Assembly: GCA_012295275.1 (NCBI GenBank)
Contig: CM022676.1
Coordinates: forward strand, 12,152,001 to 12,216,000
Direction of reading: 5' to 3'
Source of the DNA: Chrysomallon squamiferum
Taxonomy: Eukaryota; Animalia; Mollusca
DNA length: 64,000 bases
Position 1 is the first letter of the stretch, and the number at the start of each line of letters is the position of its first letter. Under the pieces are notes generated by a model. That model ran no database searches and was not told where the DNA came from. It saw nothing but the letters and a program-made list of their open reading frames with translations. Shown one piece after another: positions 38,125 through 49,000 of the stretch. A program made the translations under genes and the position numbers.

Positions 38125-41100
38125 TTACATACAAACAAGTGTTTCATTATTTACAAACAAGTGTTTTATTTCAGAGAGAGTATGAGGAGAGACTGGCGTG
38201 TTTGAAGTGTCTGTGTGTGTGTGTGTGTGTGTGTGTCATTACTTACAAACAAGTGTTTCATTATTTACAAACAAGTTTTTATTTCAGAGAGAGTATGAGG
38301 AGAGATTGGTACGTTTGAAGTTGGGAACAGCTCTCAAAGATTTACCTCCAGTAAACATATCCCCTGTCATGTCAGCTTCAAACAAGAAACAAAACATGGT
38401 AATTATGTTTTTATTACCATAGCAACCAGTATCTTACCTTTAAACAACATAAACAGATTGTATAAATGTCTGTAGTACAATTGTATTCAAACACATAAAA
38501 CATTGTAAATATGTTTTTAATTACTATAGTAAGATTATTTTATCTTTAAGCAACAAAAAGTTTTATTGTGTAAATTATCTTTCAGAAACAAAAACATTGA
38601 GAGTATAATTTTTAAAATTCTCTATTAATAGTATCTCACCTGAAGAAAAGAAACAAAGTATTGCAAGTACACTGTTTTGACTGTGTGTGTAAATAGCAGT
38701 GATCACAGTGGACACAAGACATGTTTGTAGTTGCATGTTACAACTGTGTGTCCACACTTCAGATGTGTTTAGAAACTGACTTTTTTAACAGACCTAATTT
38801 CTCGCTTCTCAAATAGTCTCTCACAAGTTCAGTACCTCCTGAATGTACTGAGGTCTAATACCTCAGTAAATGTTCTTTTTTCTGCAAAGCTGTTGTTCCT
38901 TTCATTTTTCATTAATTATTTTTATTTTTATTTTTATTTTTATTTTTTTTTTTAAATAAAAGATTCCATGTATAAACTCTGGTCAGATTTAAATGAATTC
39001 TGATTGTTAGAGAACAAAATCTAATTTCAGATGTTTGATCAGTTCAGTTTACAACCAAACTCTCTCCCCACTTCTCCAATGACAGAGGATTTTCCCGTTC
39101 CAGCCACACAACAGATGGCTTCATCACAGCTGGTTACACACAGCAGCACGGTCAGCCAGCCGCGACCACTGAAACCCCTGCTCGCCATCACACGACCTAT
39201 GATGAAATCTCGGTTGCCATTGACAACCGCTCAAGCTCAGGCTTGTGTGAAAGCACAGCCTTCGTACCCAACAGCAGCAGCAGCAGCAGACACAGTGCAG
39301 ACACCAGCAAAGAACAGCTTTGACCAGGTGATTACAGTTCTACAGAGTCTGTTCCCCAGTCACAGCCGGTAAGCTGAATTTCTTAATCATCATCATCATC
39401 ATCTACAAACACAACCACTATGTTGAATATCTTAATCATCATCATCATCATCTACAAACACAACCACTATGTTGAATATCTTAATCATCATCATCATCAT
39501 CTACAAACAAAACCACTGTGTTGAATTTCTTAATCATCATCATCATCATCTACAAACACAACCACTATGTTGAATATCTTAATCATCATCATCTACAAAC
39601 ACAACCACTATGTTGAATACCGTAATCATCATCATCATCATCTACAAACACAACCACTATGTTGAATTTCTTAATCATCATCATCATGTACAAACACAAC
39701 CACTATGTTGAATATCTTAATCATCATCATCATCATCTACAAACACAACCACTATGTTGAATTTCTTAATCATCATCATCTACAAACACAACCACTATGT
39801 TGAATTTCTTAATCATCATCATCATCATCTACAAACACAACCACTATGTTGAATATCTTAATCATCATCATCATCTACAAACACAACCACTATGTTGAAT
39901 TTCTTAATCATCATCATCATCTACAAACACAACCACTATGTTGAATTTCTTAATCATCATCATCATCTACAAACACAACCACTATGTTGAATTTCTTAAT
40001 CATCATCATCATCTACAAACACAACCACTATGTTGAATTTCTTAATCATCATCATCATCATCTACAAACACAACCACTATGTTGAATTTCTTAATCATCA
40101 TCATCATCTACAAACACAACCACTATGTTGAATTTCTTAATCATCATCATCATCTACAAACACAACCACTATGTTGAATTTCTTAATCATCATCATCATC
40201 TACAAACACAACCACTATGTTGAATTTCTTAATCATCATCATCATCATCTACAAACACAACCACTACATTGAATTTCTTAATCATCATCATCATCTACAA
40301 ACACAACCACTACGTTGAATTTCTTAATTGTTCTCATTGTTGTCATCTACAAACAGCTACTGAAGCAGGACGTTTTTAGTGATTATTTTCATGTTTGTTT
40401 ATTTCATAGACGTTTGAAAATGTATTTACACATACAGTCTGTAGCTATGTCTGTGTGTATTTTATAACAAACATGCAAAATATTGTGTTTCAGAAGTCAG
40501 TTTGTACGTACAGGAATTACAGTATTTATATTAACATACATGTGTGTTATTTTTACAGAAGTCAGTTTGTACTTACAGGAATTACAATATTTATATTAAC
40601 ATACATGTGTGTTATTTTTACAGAAGTCAGTTTGTACTTACAGGAATTACAATATTTATATTAACATACATGTGTGTTATTTTTACAGAAGTCAGTTTGT
40701 GTCGTACATTCAGGATTTGCGACATAAAGAAGGGGGGTCATTGTCTGAACTGACCAGGGAGGAAATCATACAGCGTGTCACTGATGCCATCATGTCTGAT
40801 GATGGCATTGAGACAACAAACGTATGTCACTTTTTGTTTTGTCACTATGTTATAGTGTTACTTTCTAATCTTGTTACTATATGATAATGTCACTTTTTGT
40901 TTTGTCACTATGTTATAGTGTTACTTTCTAATCTTGTTACTATATGATAATGTCACTTTTTGTTTTGTCACTATGTTATAGTGTTACTTTCTAATCTTGT
41001 TACTATATGATGTCACTTTTTGTTTTGTCACTATGTTATAGTGTTACTTTCTAATCTTGTTACTATATGATAATGTCACTTTTTGTTTTGTCACTATGTT

Positions 41101-41605
41101 ATAGTGTTACTTTCTAATCTTGTTACTATATGATAATGTCACTTTTTGTTTTGTCACTATGTTATAGTGTTACTTTCTAATCTTGTTACTATATGATAAT
41201 GTCACTTTTTGTTTTGTCACTATGTTATAGTGTTACTTTCTAATCTTGTTACTATATGATAATGTCACTTTTTGTTTTGTCACTATGTTATAGTGTTACT
41301 TTCTAATCTTGTTACTATATGATAATGTCACTTTTTGTTTTGTCACTATGTTATAGTGTTACTTTCTAATCTTGTTACTGTATGATAATGTCACTTTTGA
41401 TCTTTTTACTGTATGATAATGTCACTTTAAGATCTTGTGACTATGATAATGTCACTTTAAGATCTTGTTACTATGTATGAATGTCACTTTTTTGATCTTG
41501 TCACTGTCTCTGTGGTAATCTCCTGTACATCTGAATACAGTAAGCAGCATCCAAGTGACACGACACTTTGCATCATAGAACTGGATACAATGAAACCTAC
41601 AGACA

Positions 41606-41642
<37 letters not shown>

Positions 41643-41694
41643 TTTTTATTATTGTTTTCTTGTTATTGTTATTATTATTACTATTACTATTATT

Positions 41695-41727
<33 letters not shown>

Positions 41728-42576
41728 ACTATTATTGTTATTGTTGTTGTTATTGTTGTTATTGTTATTGGTGTTATTGTTGTTATTGGGTTTGTTGTTA
41801 TTGTTATTGTTATTACCTCAGATGAGTAACGGGGCAGTGGACACACAGTTGGTGCGCCGACCTCCTGGCCTGACGTCCAGCTGGGTGTACAGCTGCAGTG
41901 AGTCACAGAGAGAAATGTTCCAGGAGGAGAAAGACCCCTGTGTCATCTGTCACGAAGAACTCGCCATCTCAGACGTCACCACGCTGGAATGTAACCACCG
42001 CTTCCACAAATCTGTAAGTTGTAACCACCACTTTTACAAATCTGTAAGTTGTAACCATCGCTTCCACAAATCTGTAAGTTGTAACCACCACTTTTACAAA
42101 TCTGTAAGTTGTAACCTCTTTGTTCTGTAACAGTAGACCTGACTAATATTCATTAAAAGATGTTACACTGGAATTCAGAGAACCTTGAAAACTTGCAGAT
42201 AAAGGAAGCTGGGATGAGAGGCACACAAACACTTTAGAAAAGAGTTGAAAGTTTGTTACTGTCATTATAAACAAGAATTACAGTATTTTACATTAACATT
42301 TTCATCTGTTTGTGACTCACAAATTGTTTTGTACTTACTAAACAGGAAGTATTTGCATGTTGTTTATGTCCAAAACGGACTGAATACAATATTTATTTAT
42401 TTGTACTTCAGTGATATTTATAAGGTTTGGATTATTACTGGTTAGTTACAGTAAGTATTGTATCTGGTTCATTGTTGTATTTTCAGTGTTTACAGATGTG
42501 GTTTCGAGAACAGAGCACCTGTCCCAACTGCCGAGTCCACGCCCTGCTGCCTGACGATTTCCCCGCCCTGAAATAA
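13740..42576 (+). CDS. TTC3: E3 ubiquitin-protein ligase TTC3-like (TPR + coiled coil + RING-H2), 36 coding exons; one apparent frameshift at about 33722-33756
   Basis: Exons: 13740-13833, 14423-14579, 15140-15227, 16272-16396, 16674-16756, 17385-17464, 17959-18068, 18592-18654, 19102-19156, 19549-19690, 19926-19974, 20432-20483, 20719-20769, 21316-21477, 22402-22482, 22696-22805, 23378-23501, 24760-24882, 25204-25299, 25881-25973, 26345-26415, 27380-27597, 28430-28500, 28777-28910, 31711-31842, 32244-34432, 34684-34781, 35827-35895, 36568-36631, 36993-37096, 37678-37780, 38288-38398, 39031-39368, 40689-40821, 41822-42013, 42487-42576. All junctions are phase-compatible. Motifs: TPRs [25 protein letters not shown] / YGNRAQAQL / [11 protein letters not shown]; TTC3 signature [12 protein letters not shown]...[30 protein letters not shown]...CPTPDC; [16 protein letters not shown]; RING-H2 CVICHEEL...[24 protein letters not shown]. 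Confidence 0.9.
14275..14422 (+). repeat. 43-bp tandem repeat (about 3.5 copies) ending in the acceptor of coding exon 2
   Basis: aaaacagttttaacatctag units; the last partial unit is aaaacaattttaacacttcag|. Confidence 0.8.
16110..16292 (+). repeat. 78-bp repeat duplicating the acceptor plus about 20 nt of exon
   Basis: ag|aaagaagaaa(g/a)gtttctgatg at about 16114, 16192 and 16270 (the real exon). Confidence 0.85.
17695..17925. repeat. 44-bp tandem repeat, about 5 copies, just upstream of an acceptor
   Basis: gttgacattacataactaaaccagtcactaagaaatgtaaaaat. Confidence 0.85.
18805..19065. repeat. Degenerate minisatellite (about 35 bp), same family as 5885-6075
   Basis: taatgtttatttaagctg(c/t)agattttactta at both places. 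Confidence 0.75.
21484..21962. repeat. 66-69 bp tandem repeat, 7 copies, starting about 6 nt after a donor
   Basis: agacatttagcaaacaattcagagagaaaatctttgtttttaaaaagcattagaaattttatatcaa; donor GT at 21478. Confidence 0.9.
23835..24752. repeat. (TATG/TA)n compound microsatellite running up to an acceptor
   Basis: Direct inspection; it is the source of the MYVC-type spurious ORFs. Confidence 0.95.
27598..28390. repeat. AT-rich minisatellites (about 30 bp) starting at a donor
   Basis: gtaaatgt(tgt)ataatttatatgttgttaaat; the first unit is the donor c|gtaaatattgtataattt. Confidence 0.8.
28925..30945. repeat. About 2-kb minisatellite of 30/24-bp units starting just after a donor
   Basis: cttcagttaaacatacaaacacaaacacat and a shorter cctcagttaaacatacaaacacat variant; donor at 28911. 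Confidence 0.97.
31218..31445 (+). mobile_element. Tc1/mariner non-autonomous element (MITE), 228 bp
   Basis: Perfect terminal inverted repeats of about 48 bp (cagggtgtcccagaagtcacgcaccatgaagatttttatttagataca), flanked by TA on both sides. The interior encodes the transposase C-terminus [20 protein letters not shown]. Confidence 0.92.
31448..31700. repeat. 28-bp AT-rich tandem repeat between the MITE and an acceptor
   Basis: atatatcaatttatttatttgtttattt, about 8 copies. Confidence 0.85.
34782..35610. repeat. Compound minisatellite starting at a donor
   Basis: tagcagtgtcagtct core with higher-order units. Confidence 0.9.
37078..37300 (+). repeat. 31-bp repeat, 5 perfect copies, duplicating the exon end plus GTAAGT donor
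   Basis: tcaacacatttgtctcaaa|gtaagtttaaca; GT at 37097, 37128, 37159, 37190, 37221. Confidence 0.95.
37845..38315 (+). repeat. Acceptor-duplicating array with (GT)n spacers
   Basis: ttttatttcag|agaga... copies; the real acceptor is 38286-38287. Confidence 0.85.
39361..40330 (+). repeat. 43-49 bp tandem repeat, about 20 copies, derived from the exon end/donor
   Basis: Unit cacaaccactatgttgaatttcttaatcatcatcatcatctacaaa vs junction cacagccg|gtaagctgaatttcttaatcatcatc. Confidence 0.92.
40480..40700 (+). repeat. 65-bp repeat duplicating the acceptor plus 12 nt of exon
   Basis: cag|aagtcagtttgt with AG ending at 40493, 40558, 40623 and 40688 (real). Confidence 0.92.
40824..41500. repeat. 63-bp tandem repeat, about 9 copies, starting inside the donor
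   Basis: atgtcactttttgttttgtcactatgttatagtgttactttctaatcttgttactatatgata; donor gtatgt at 40822. Confidence 0.95.
41990..42116 (+). repeat. 30-bp in-frame repeat, 4 copies, duplicating RING codons plus donor
   Basis: tgtaaccaccgcttccacaaatct|gtaagt; GT at 42014, 42044, 42074, 42104. Confidence 0.95.
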
Positions 42577-42627
42577 TCTCAAAGGTTATTTTCTGTTTTC
42601 ATGTCCAACACATTTTTCTTTTATTTA

Positions 42628-42685
<58 letters not shown>

Positions 42686-45600
42686 TTATTATTATTATTG
42701 TTGTTGTTTTTTAATTGTTTTTTTTTTATTATTTATTTTAAATGTAAGCCTAAATTAGAAATTATTAACACTTTTTATAAATAAAATTGTTGTTTTACAT
42801 ACTTAGAATAGAAACAGAATTTTCTTTTTTTTAAATCTTTTCAATTAAAAGGGTAAAAAATAAACTATTTTCTTAAAATAGCTAATATGCATGTTAAAAT
42901 ATATTTGGACATTTTATTATATTTTTGTGGCATTCTTCTGTGTTAATTCATCATTAGTACTCACAGTCAGATTAATATTTATATCTTGTCTGAAACAGTA
43001 AGAGAATTTCCCAGCTAATATTAATGTGTTGTGTCTGATCATTAAGTATATGATGACATGAAAGTCTTAATATGTACACTTTTACAGTCTCTGTATTCTC
43101 ATTTCCACTGTAGACATAAACCTTTGTTACTGTAATCATGCATTACATTATAGCCATTGTTTACAGGTCGAAAAATATATATGCACAAATATTCAATGCA
43201 CAAAACACGTACACACATAAACCATGTGTGTTATGATGCATTTAGGCACACATACAAGCACACACATTGTCACAGAACAATCTCACATCAAACTGAGACA
43301 TTTTTTCTCTTTTGGGTTCTTTGTTTTTGTTTTTACAAGGACTACTGTTTTTCTTCTTATTGTGTTTTTCAAATATAGTTATGTCAGTTACTCCTTAACC
43401 AAAATAAACACACTCAAATCTCCGCAGTCTTTGTCATTTATTTATAAATAAAATCATCATTAAAACTTTTAAATATAAAAATGTTAGATACACAGGTAGG
43501 TTTCACGGTTTTTGTGTATAGGTTTTCACGGTTTTTTTGGTGTAGGTTTCATGTTTTCTTGGTGCAGGTAATGGATGCAGTTAATCATTACTAAAGTTCT
43601 CTGTATATCCCATTATTTGTTTCTGTTTCACTTGTGGTTATGTCGGGTCCTTCTTTTCTTTTTAATGTTTTCTTCGTATTTTTCTATAATTAATCATTTA
43701 TTTATTTGACAAATGTTAGTATTTTAAGTGTGTCATGAGATATTCAAGTTTTAAACAGAAATGACGTAAACATTATGAAAAAATTAATAGTTTTATACAC
43801 ACCTCCCAAACATTCAACTTGTATCAATATTGTACACATTGTTAACCTGTTGTGTTTACAAACACTTGTATATATAGTAGTTAACATTTCCTATTCTTAT
43901 GTGTCAATCCCACATTTAAAAAAAAAAAAAAAAAAGAGAACACTTTGCTTAATTAATTAATATATTTATTTTATATACATATCCAGATATTATCTTTTGC
44001 ATACAAATTTTGTGCACTGGAGAAATGTTTTACAGTGTGAAATTTACATGTAGTTCCAGGTATAAGCATATATGGAATTAAAATCTGTTTTTATATACAT
44101 TTAAAGCTGAGATAGTTTTGTTTTTTTACTTTTACAAAATGTTATACAAATGAATGTTTTATTAGCATTTTTTGTTTTTATTGTTTGATGTTGTTTTGTT
44201 TGTTTTTTCTTCCAACTAACTGGACTTATTGGGTTTTTTTATTACAGTTTTAAAAGTGAATGTATGTAGTAGTACATGAAATCAGTACAAAAATAGATTT
44301 TATAAATTATGTGTTTGCTTTTCAGGTAATTTATATTGATTTTAAAATGTTTCATAATAGTCATGTAATTCTTCTGAAGTTAAAATATGACAAATACAAT
44401 TATTTTGTTATTTTTTTTTATCTTGTTTTTATGTTCTGGAAATTTACATTTTTTACTGTATTAATTAAAGATAATTAAATTTTATTTTATAGCAAATGCT
44501 TGTAATGTTAAACAGTTATTTTTATTTGTTTTTAATGTTCTGAAAATTTACAAATTTTTCACTGATTTAATTGAAGATAATTTCATTTTATTGAAGCAAA
44601 TGTTTGTAATGTTAAACAATTATTTTTATTTTTATGTTCTGGAAATTTATATTTTTTACTGTATTAATTAAAGATAATTAAATTTAATTTTATAGCAAAT
44701 GTTTGTAATATTAAACAACTATATTGCTTGTTTTTATGTTCAGGACTATTTACAGTTTTCACTGTATTAATTGAAGATAATTACATTTTAATTTGAAGCA
44801 AATGTTTGTAATGTTAAACAATTTACATTTTTTACTATATTAATTAAAGACAATTAAATTGCTTTTTTCACTGTATTTAATTAAATTTTATTTTGAAACA
44901 ATTATTTTTACATGTATTTTTGTTGTGGAATTTAATTAAATTTTATTTTGAAACAAATGTTTTTAATGTTAAACAGTAAAAATTATTAAATTAATTTTGA
45001 GTTAATTATTGACTACTTTGACAAAACACATTTCCTGTTCCTCCCATTGCTCTGGTACCATTCACAACAAAAGCAACTGTCTGCATCTACTTGTTGTGAT
45101 AAAATTAAATAAACTGCAGAGTACAAATTCACTTGTTATTCATTCAGAGACTGCCTTTGTGGTATTTGTCGTGTTTCCTTAGTAACATCAAATGACAGTT
45201 TTAAATATTTACTGCATTTTGATCTCTTCTTAATTTTGTGTTTTCATGAAATAATTTTTTAATAAAAATTCCAAAAGTTGTAAAAATTTAGTTGTTATAA
45301 TCACTGTTCAAACACAATTTAAAAAATAAAAAACAAGATATTTAGAAAGTGTTTCATTTATCAACTCTACTTTAAAATGTCTTAACTATTTGTATTCAGT
45401 TTTCAATTATTATAATACTTGCATGCAGACAGACACCCTCACTTACAGACAGACAGACAGACAGACAGACTCTAATGACATGACAGTGTTCTTGGGTGAG
45501 GGGATAAAAATAACAAATTTAAAAAAAAAAAAAAAATGCACGCACGCACACACACAGACACACACAAAAAAGAAATGTTATTTTTTTTACAAGACTTATT

Positions 45601-46041
45601 TCTCCATACTTTGTCAGCAACATTATTTTAACTTAAAAAACTCTGATAAACAGTTACGTTCAAGATTTCTCTTTATTAGTGTCTGTTGTGTTATTTCTTC
45701 TTAATCTTTTCTGCATTACAGTGGAAAACCTAGCTATAAAACCTAATGAGACACTTGAAAAGTGCACAAAAATTCATAGTTTTGGAAGAAATTTCATGAT
45801 CTTTCACCATGATGAACAAACAAGCTTTTCTTTTAGATGGTATGCCCATAACAAGCGTACACAAACCTTCAAGTGATGTAAATAAACAAAGTCTTGATTG
45901 ATTAAAAGAAAAGGATGATGTAAATTTTCTTTTACTTCTCCCTTCTTGATGTGTCAGTTTTGTTTTCTCACTCCAACCACTGGGAAACCCAATGTCAGTT
46001 GAAAATGTTGACACAAATGTCAAGGTCATAATCACTCATTT

Positions 46042-49000
46042 TCACTGTTCTAACGAAACCAAATCCTCGGCTTTCAAAGATGGTGGCGGAGCAGGATTCT
46101 GAATAAAATGAATAATTTTAATTTAAAAAAGTAAACAGAAAATGTTTTTATAATAGCCACCTTTTTATCATTAGTATCATTATTATTATTATATTAATTC
46201 AGATTTAAAAATAAATAAAAATGATGAAAAATTATCATGTGAATTTATATCATGCTTGCTTTTTTTTTTTATTCGTTCTTTTATTTATATTTTTCTTTTT
46301 TTTTTAGTTATATTATTACAGTATACTCTTCCTGAGAGCGACAGAATAAACTCTCATCTCAATCATACATTTTCAGCTGTTTTTTTAATATCTTGACTAT
46401 TTTTCTGTCGATGTTTCATTACATTTTTATTTATTTTTTAAATTCACTGAAGCTTTTAATTATTTACTACGTTTTCTAGTACTTGTTAGTTTTATACATC
46501 AAAAGTCAAATGGATAACAAAACTTATTTCTAAAATTCAAGCTGTGACATCAGTAAAAACAATAGTTACTTCTTTTGCTGCTCGTTTTTTCAGAATTTCA
46601 TACGACCAGTAGTGCATCTGAAAAAGAAAACAGTGTGAATACTTACAAGTCAAAACCTCAGCACTACTAATAATTATTACAGTTAGGATATTCTTTTTAT
46701 AGAACAAAAATCATCTCATTTTTTTTTTAAAATGGTGCTGGTATTTGTTACTGGTAGTGAAAGAGTTGACAATGGAAGCTGTACAGACAACGTGAGGACA
46801 AGGATATCTGTGATGTATCATCAGTCAGACAGCTGACGAGTGCCAGACTCATTTTATAAATCATCAACCCACTAAAATATCTCAACAAAGCTCTTGTCAG
46901 AACTGTTAAAACACACGACAAGAAACGAAACCAGATGTATGGGCTAATAGAAAAATAAAAATAATAAAAATAAAATTAAACTTTTAAATAATAAACACAA
47001 TAACAACTGTCAGTTTTGTTAATCTGATAAAGCCACTGAGTTCAAGATAAGTAACTCTCTCTCTCTGTTATGATATGCAGAACTTGTATATAAAAAGTAA
47101 TTTGTATAAATTAACTCTGTCTCGCTGAATATAAACCTGTGTTTTTGATATAGAGAACTGTTATATAAAAAGTAATTTGTATAAGTTATCTCTCTCTCTC
47201 TGTATATATATAAAATACCTGTTATTGATATAGAGAAGTGTTATATAAAAATTAAACCTACTTTGACAGAGACTGGTAGAGCAATACCCTGTACTCTTGT
47301 CAGAGTACCAAAGTCTGAACTCTCTATTTTGTGTGCCTGTACAAAAGGAAAAGACATTTTTATTACTATCAGATCCTAAAACTGTCTAATATCATTAAAT
47401 ACCTTTATAACAAGTCTCGTTATATTTAATACTATTTTAATGACACAGGTAGATAATGAAAAAAGAATATATGTGTTACCATATTGTTATATACTTTTGT
47501 AAAGTTTGGTTCAAAATACTAGTAAAATAAATTGTGTAGAGATAATGTGTATGTGTGTGGGTGTGTTGATATAATAAATGTGTGTGTTCGTGCATACGTG
47601 CGTGCGTGTGTGTGTGTCATGTATAATAAACAAACTACTTACAGCTGTGACATCGAATCTGCCGATGTGACTGGTGCTACTAATAAATGGACCGCGGCTG
47701 ATGTCGACGTGGTCGCCCATCCTGTACAGAGTTATTCTGTTTCCCGACTCGGCTGCCATCACAGGGATCTGCTTGGATTTGAACCGATTCTCTTCAAACA
47801 TCTGAGCAGCTAAAGACGCATCCACTTCAAGTCTTTCAAACTTGTAGTCACGGTGATACAGCTTGACTCCTTGACGACCAAGAATATTAAATTCCACCTA
47901 AAACACACAACATGTTACATGTGTAACAAATATCCTGATAGAATTTTCAAAAATGTACGCTTTGTATTTACTGATCTACACTATCTTCATAATGGTGCAA
48001 TGAAGTCCTGCAGATATTAAAAAAATAATTATGGAATATTTTTTCTATTTTATTTTTAATGTGATATGTTTTAAGGATTGTTAAAATTTCATTCACTGTA
48101 TGTGTATAAACCATTTTGATTTTCCCCGTATATGTATGTTACTCAGGTTACACGTATTAAACACAGGACTGCTGGGATTATCTGGTGTTGTGTGAATTCA
48201 AGTTTACTGAAACAGATTACAGATTACATACTGGGTATGGTTTCCAATCTGGAATATTCAACTCAGCATCATACACAAAACTGCCACTGGAAACTGAAAA
48301 TAAACACAAAGTTCTTAATAGTTATTTTAATTTATTAAGAATAAAATAAAACAAAACAAGTGAAACTCTTTAAAAGAAAAACAAGTTGTATGTAGACATA
48401 CAAATCAATACAGAGCGTATATATATTAGATGGTGAGACAGACAGACACACAGACTGACAGATTTAAACAGAACACAAGTTGATGCTGATGTGGACAGAT
48501 TTGATCTCACTCACTGTCAGGCCTGGGAGATCCACACAGTTCTATGTAGTAACTGTCTTTGAAAGCCGTCTCCAGAATATAACCCAAAATAAACGAACAA
48601 GACCGCCAGAAAGCCTACAATAAAAATGTTTAAATACTATATGTATTAACAGTAATAACAGTTACAATAATAATAATAATAATAACAATTATAATAATAA
48701 TAGTAATAAGACAGTAATATTAAAAATAGTAACAATAAATAATAATACAGAGAAATAATAACAGCTTTCAATTATAATTTTTTTTAATTAGGGATAATAA
48801 ATTAAGCTTTAATGTAGCTAGTGTTATATCTGTCTTGTCATCATGTAAGTAAACATTATTTAAATGTTACATTTTGAATTTTTCAATAATTATTAAAAAT
48901 TCTAGTTATATATTCTATATAATACATATATATTTATGCATTACAGAGCAACAATATGAATAATTGAAAAAAAAAGAGAAAAATTAAAAAGGTACATATC

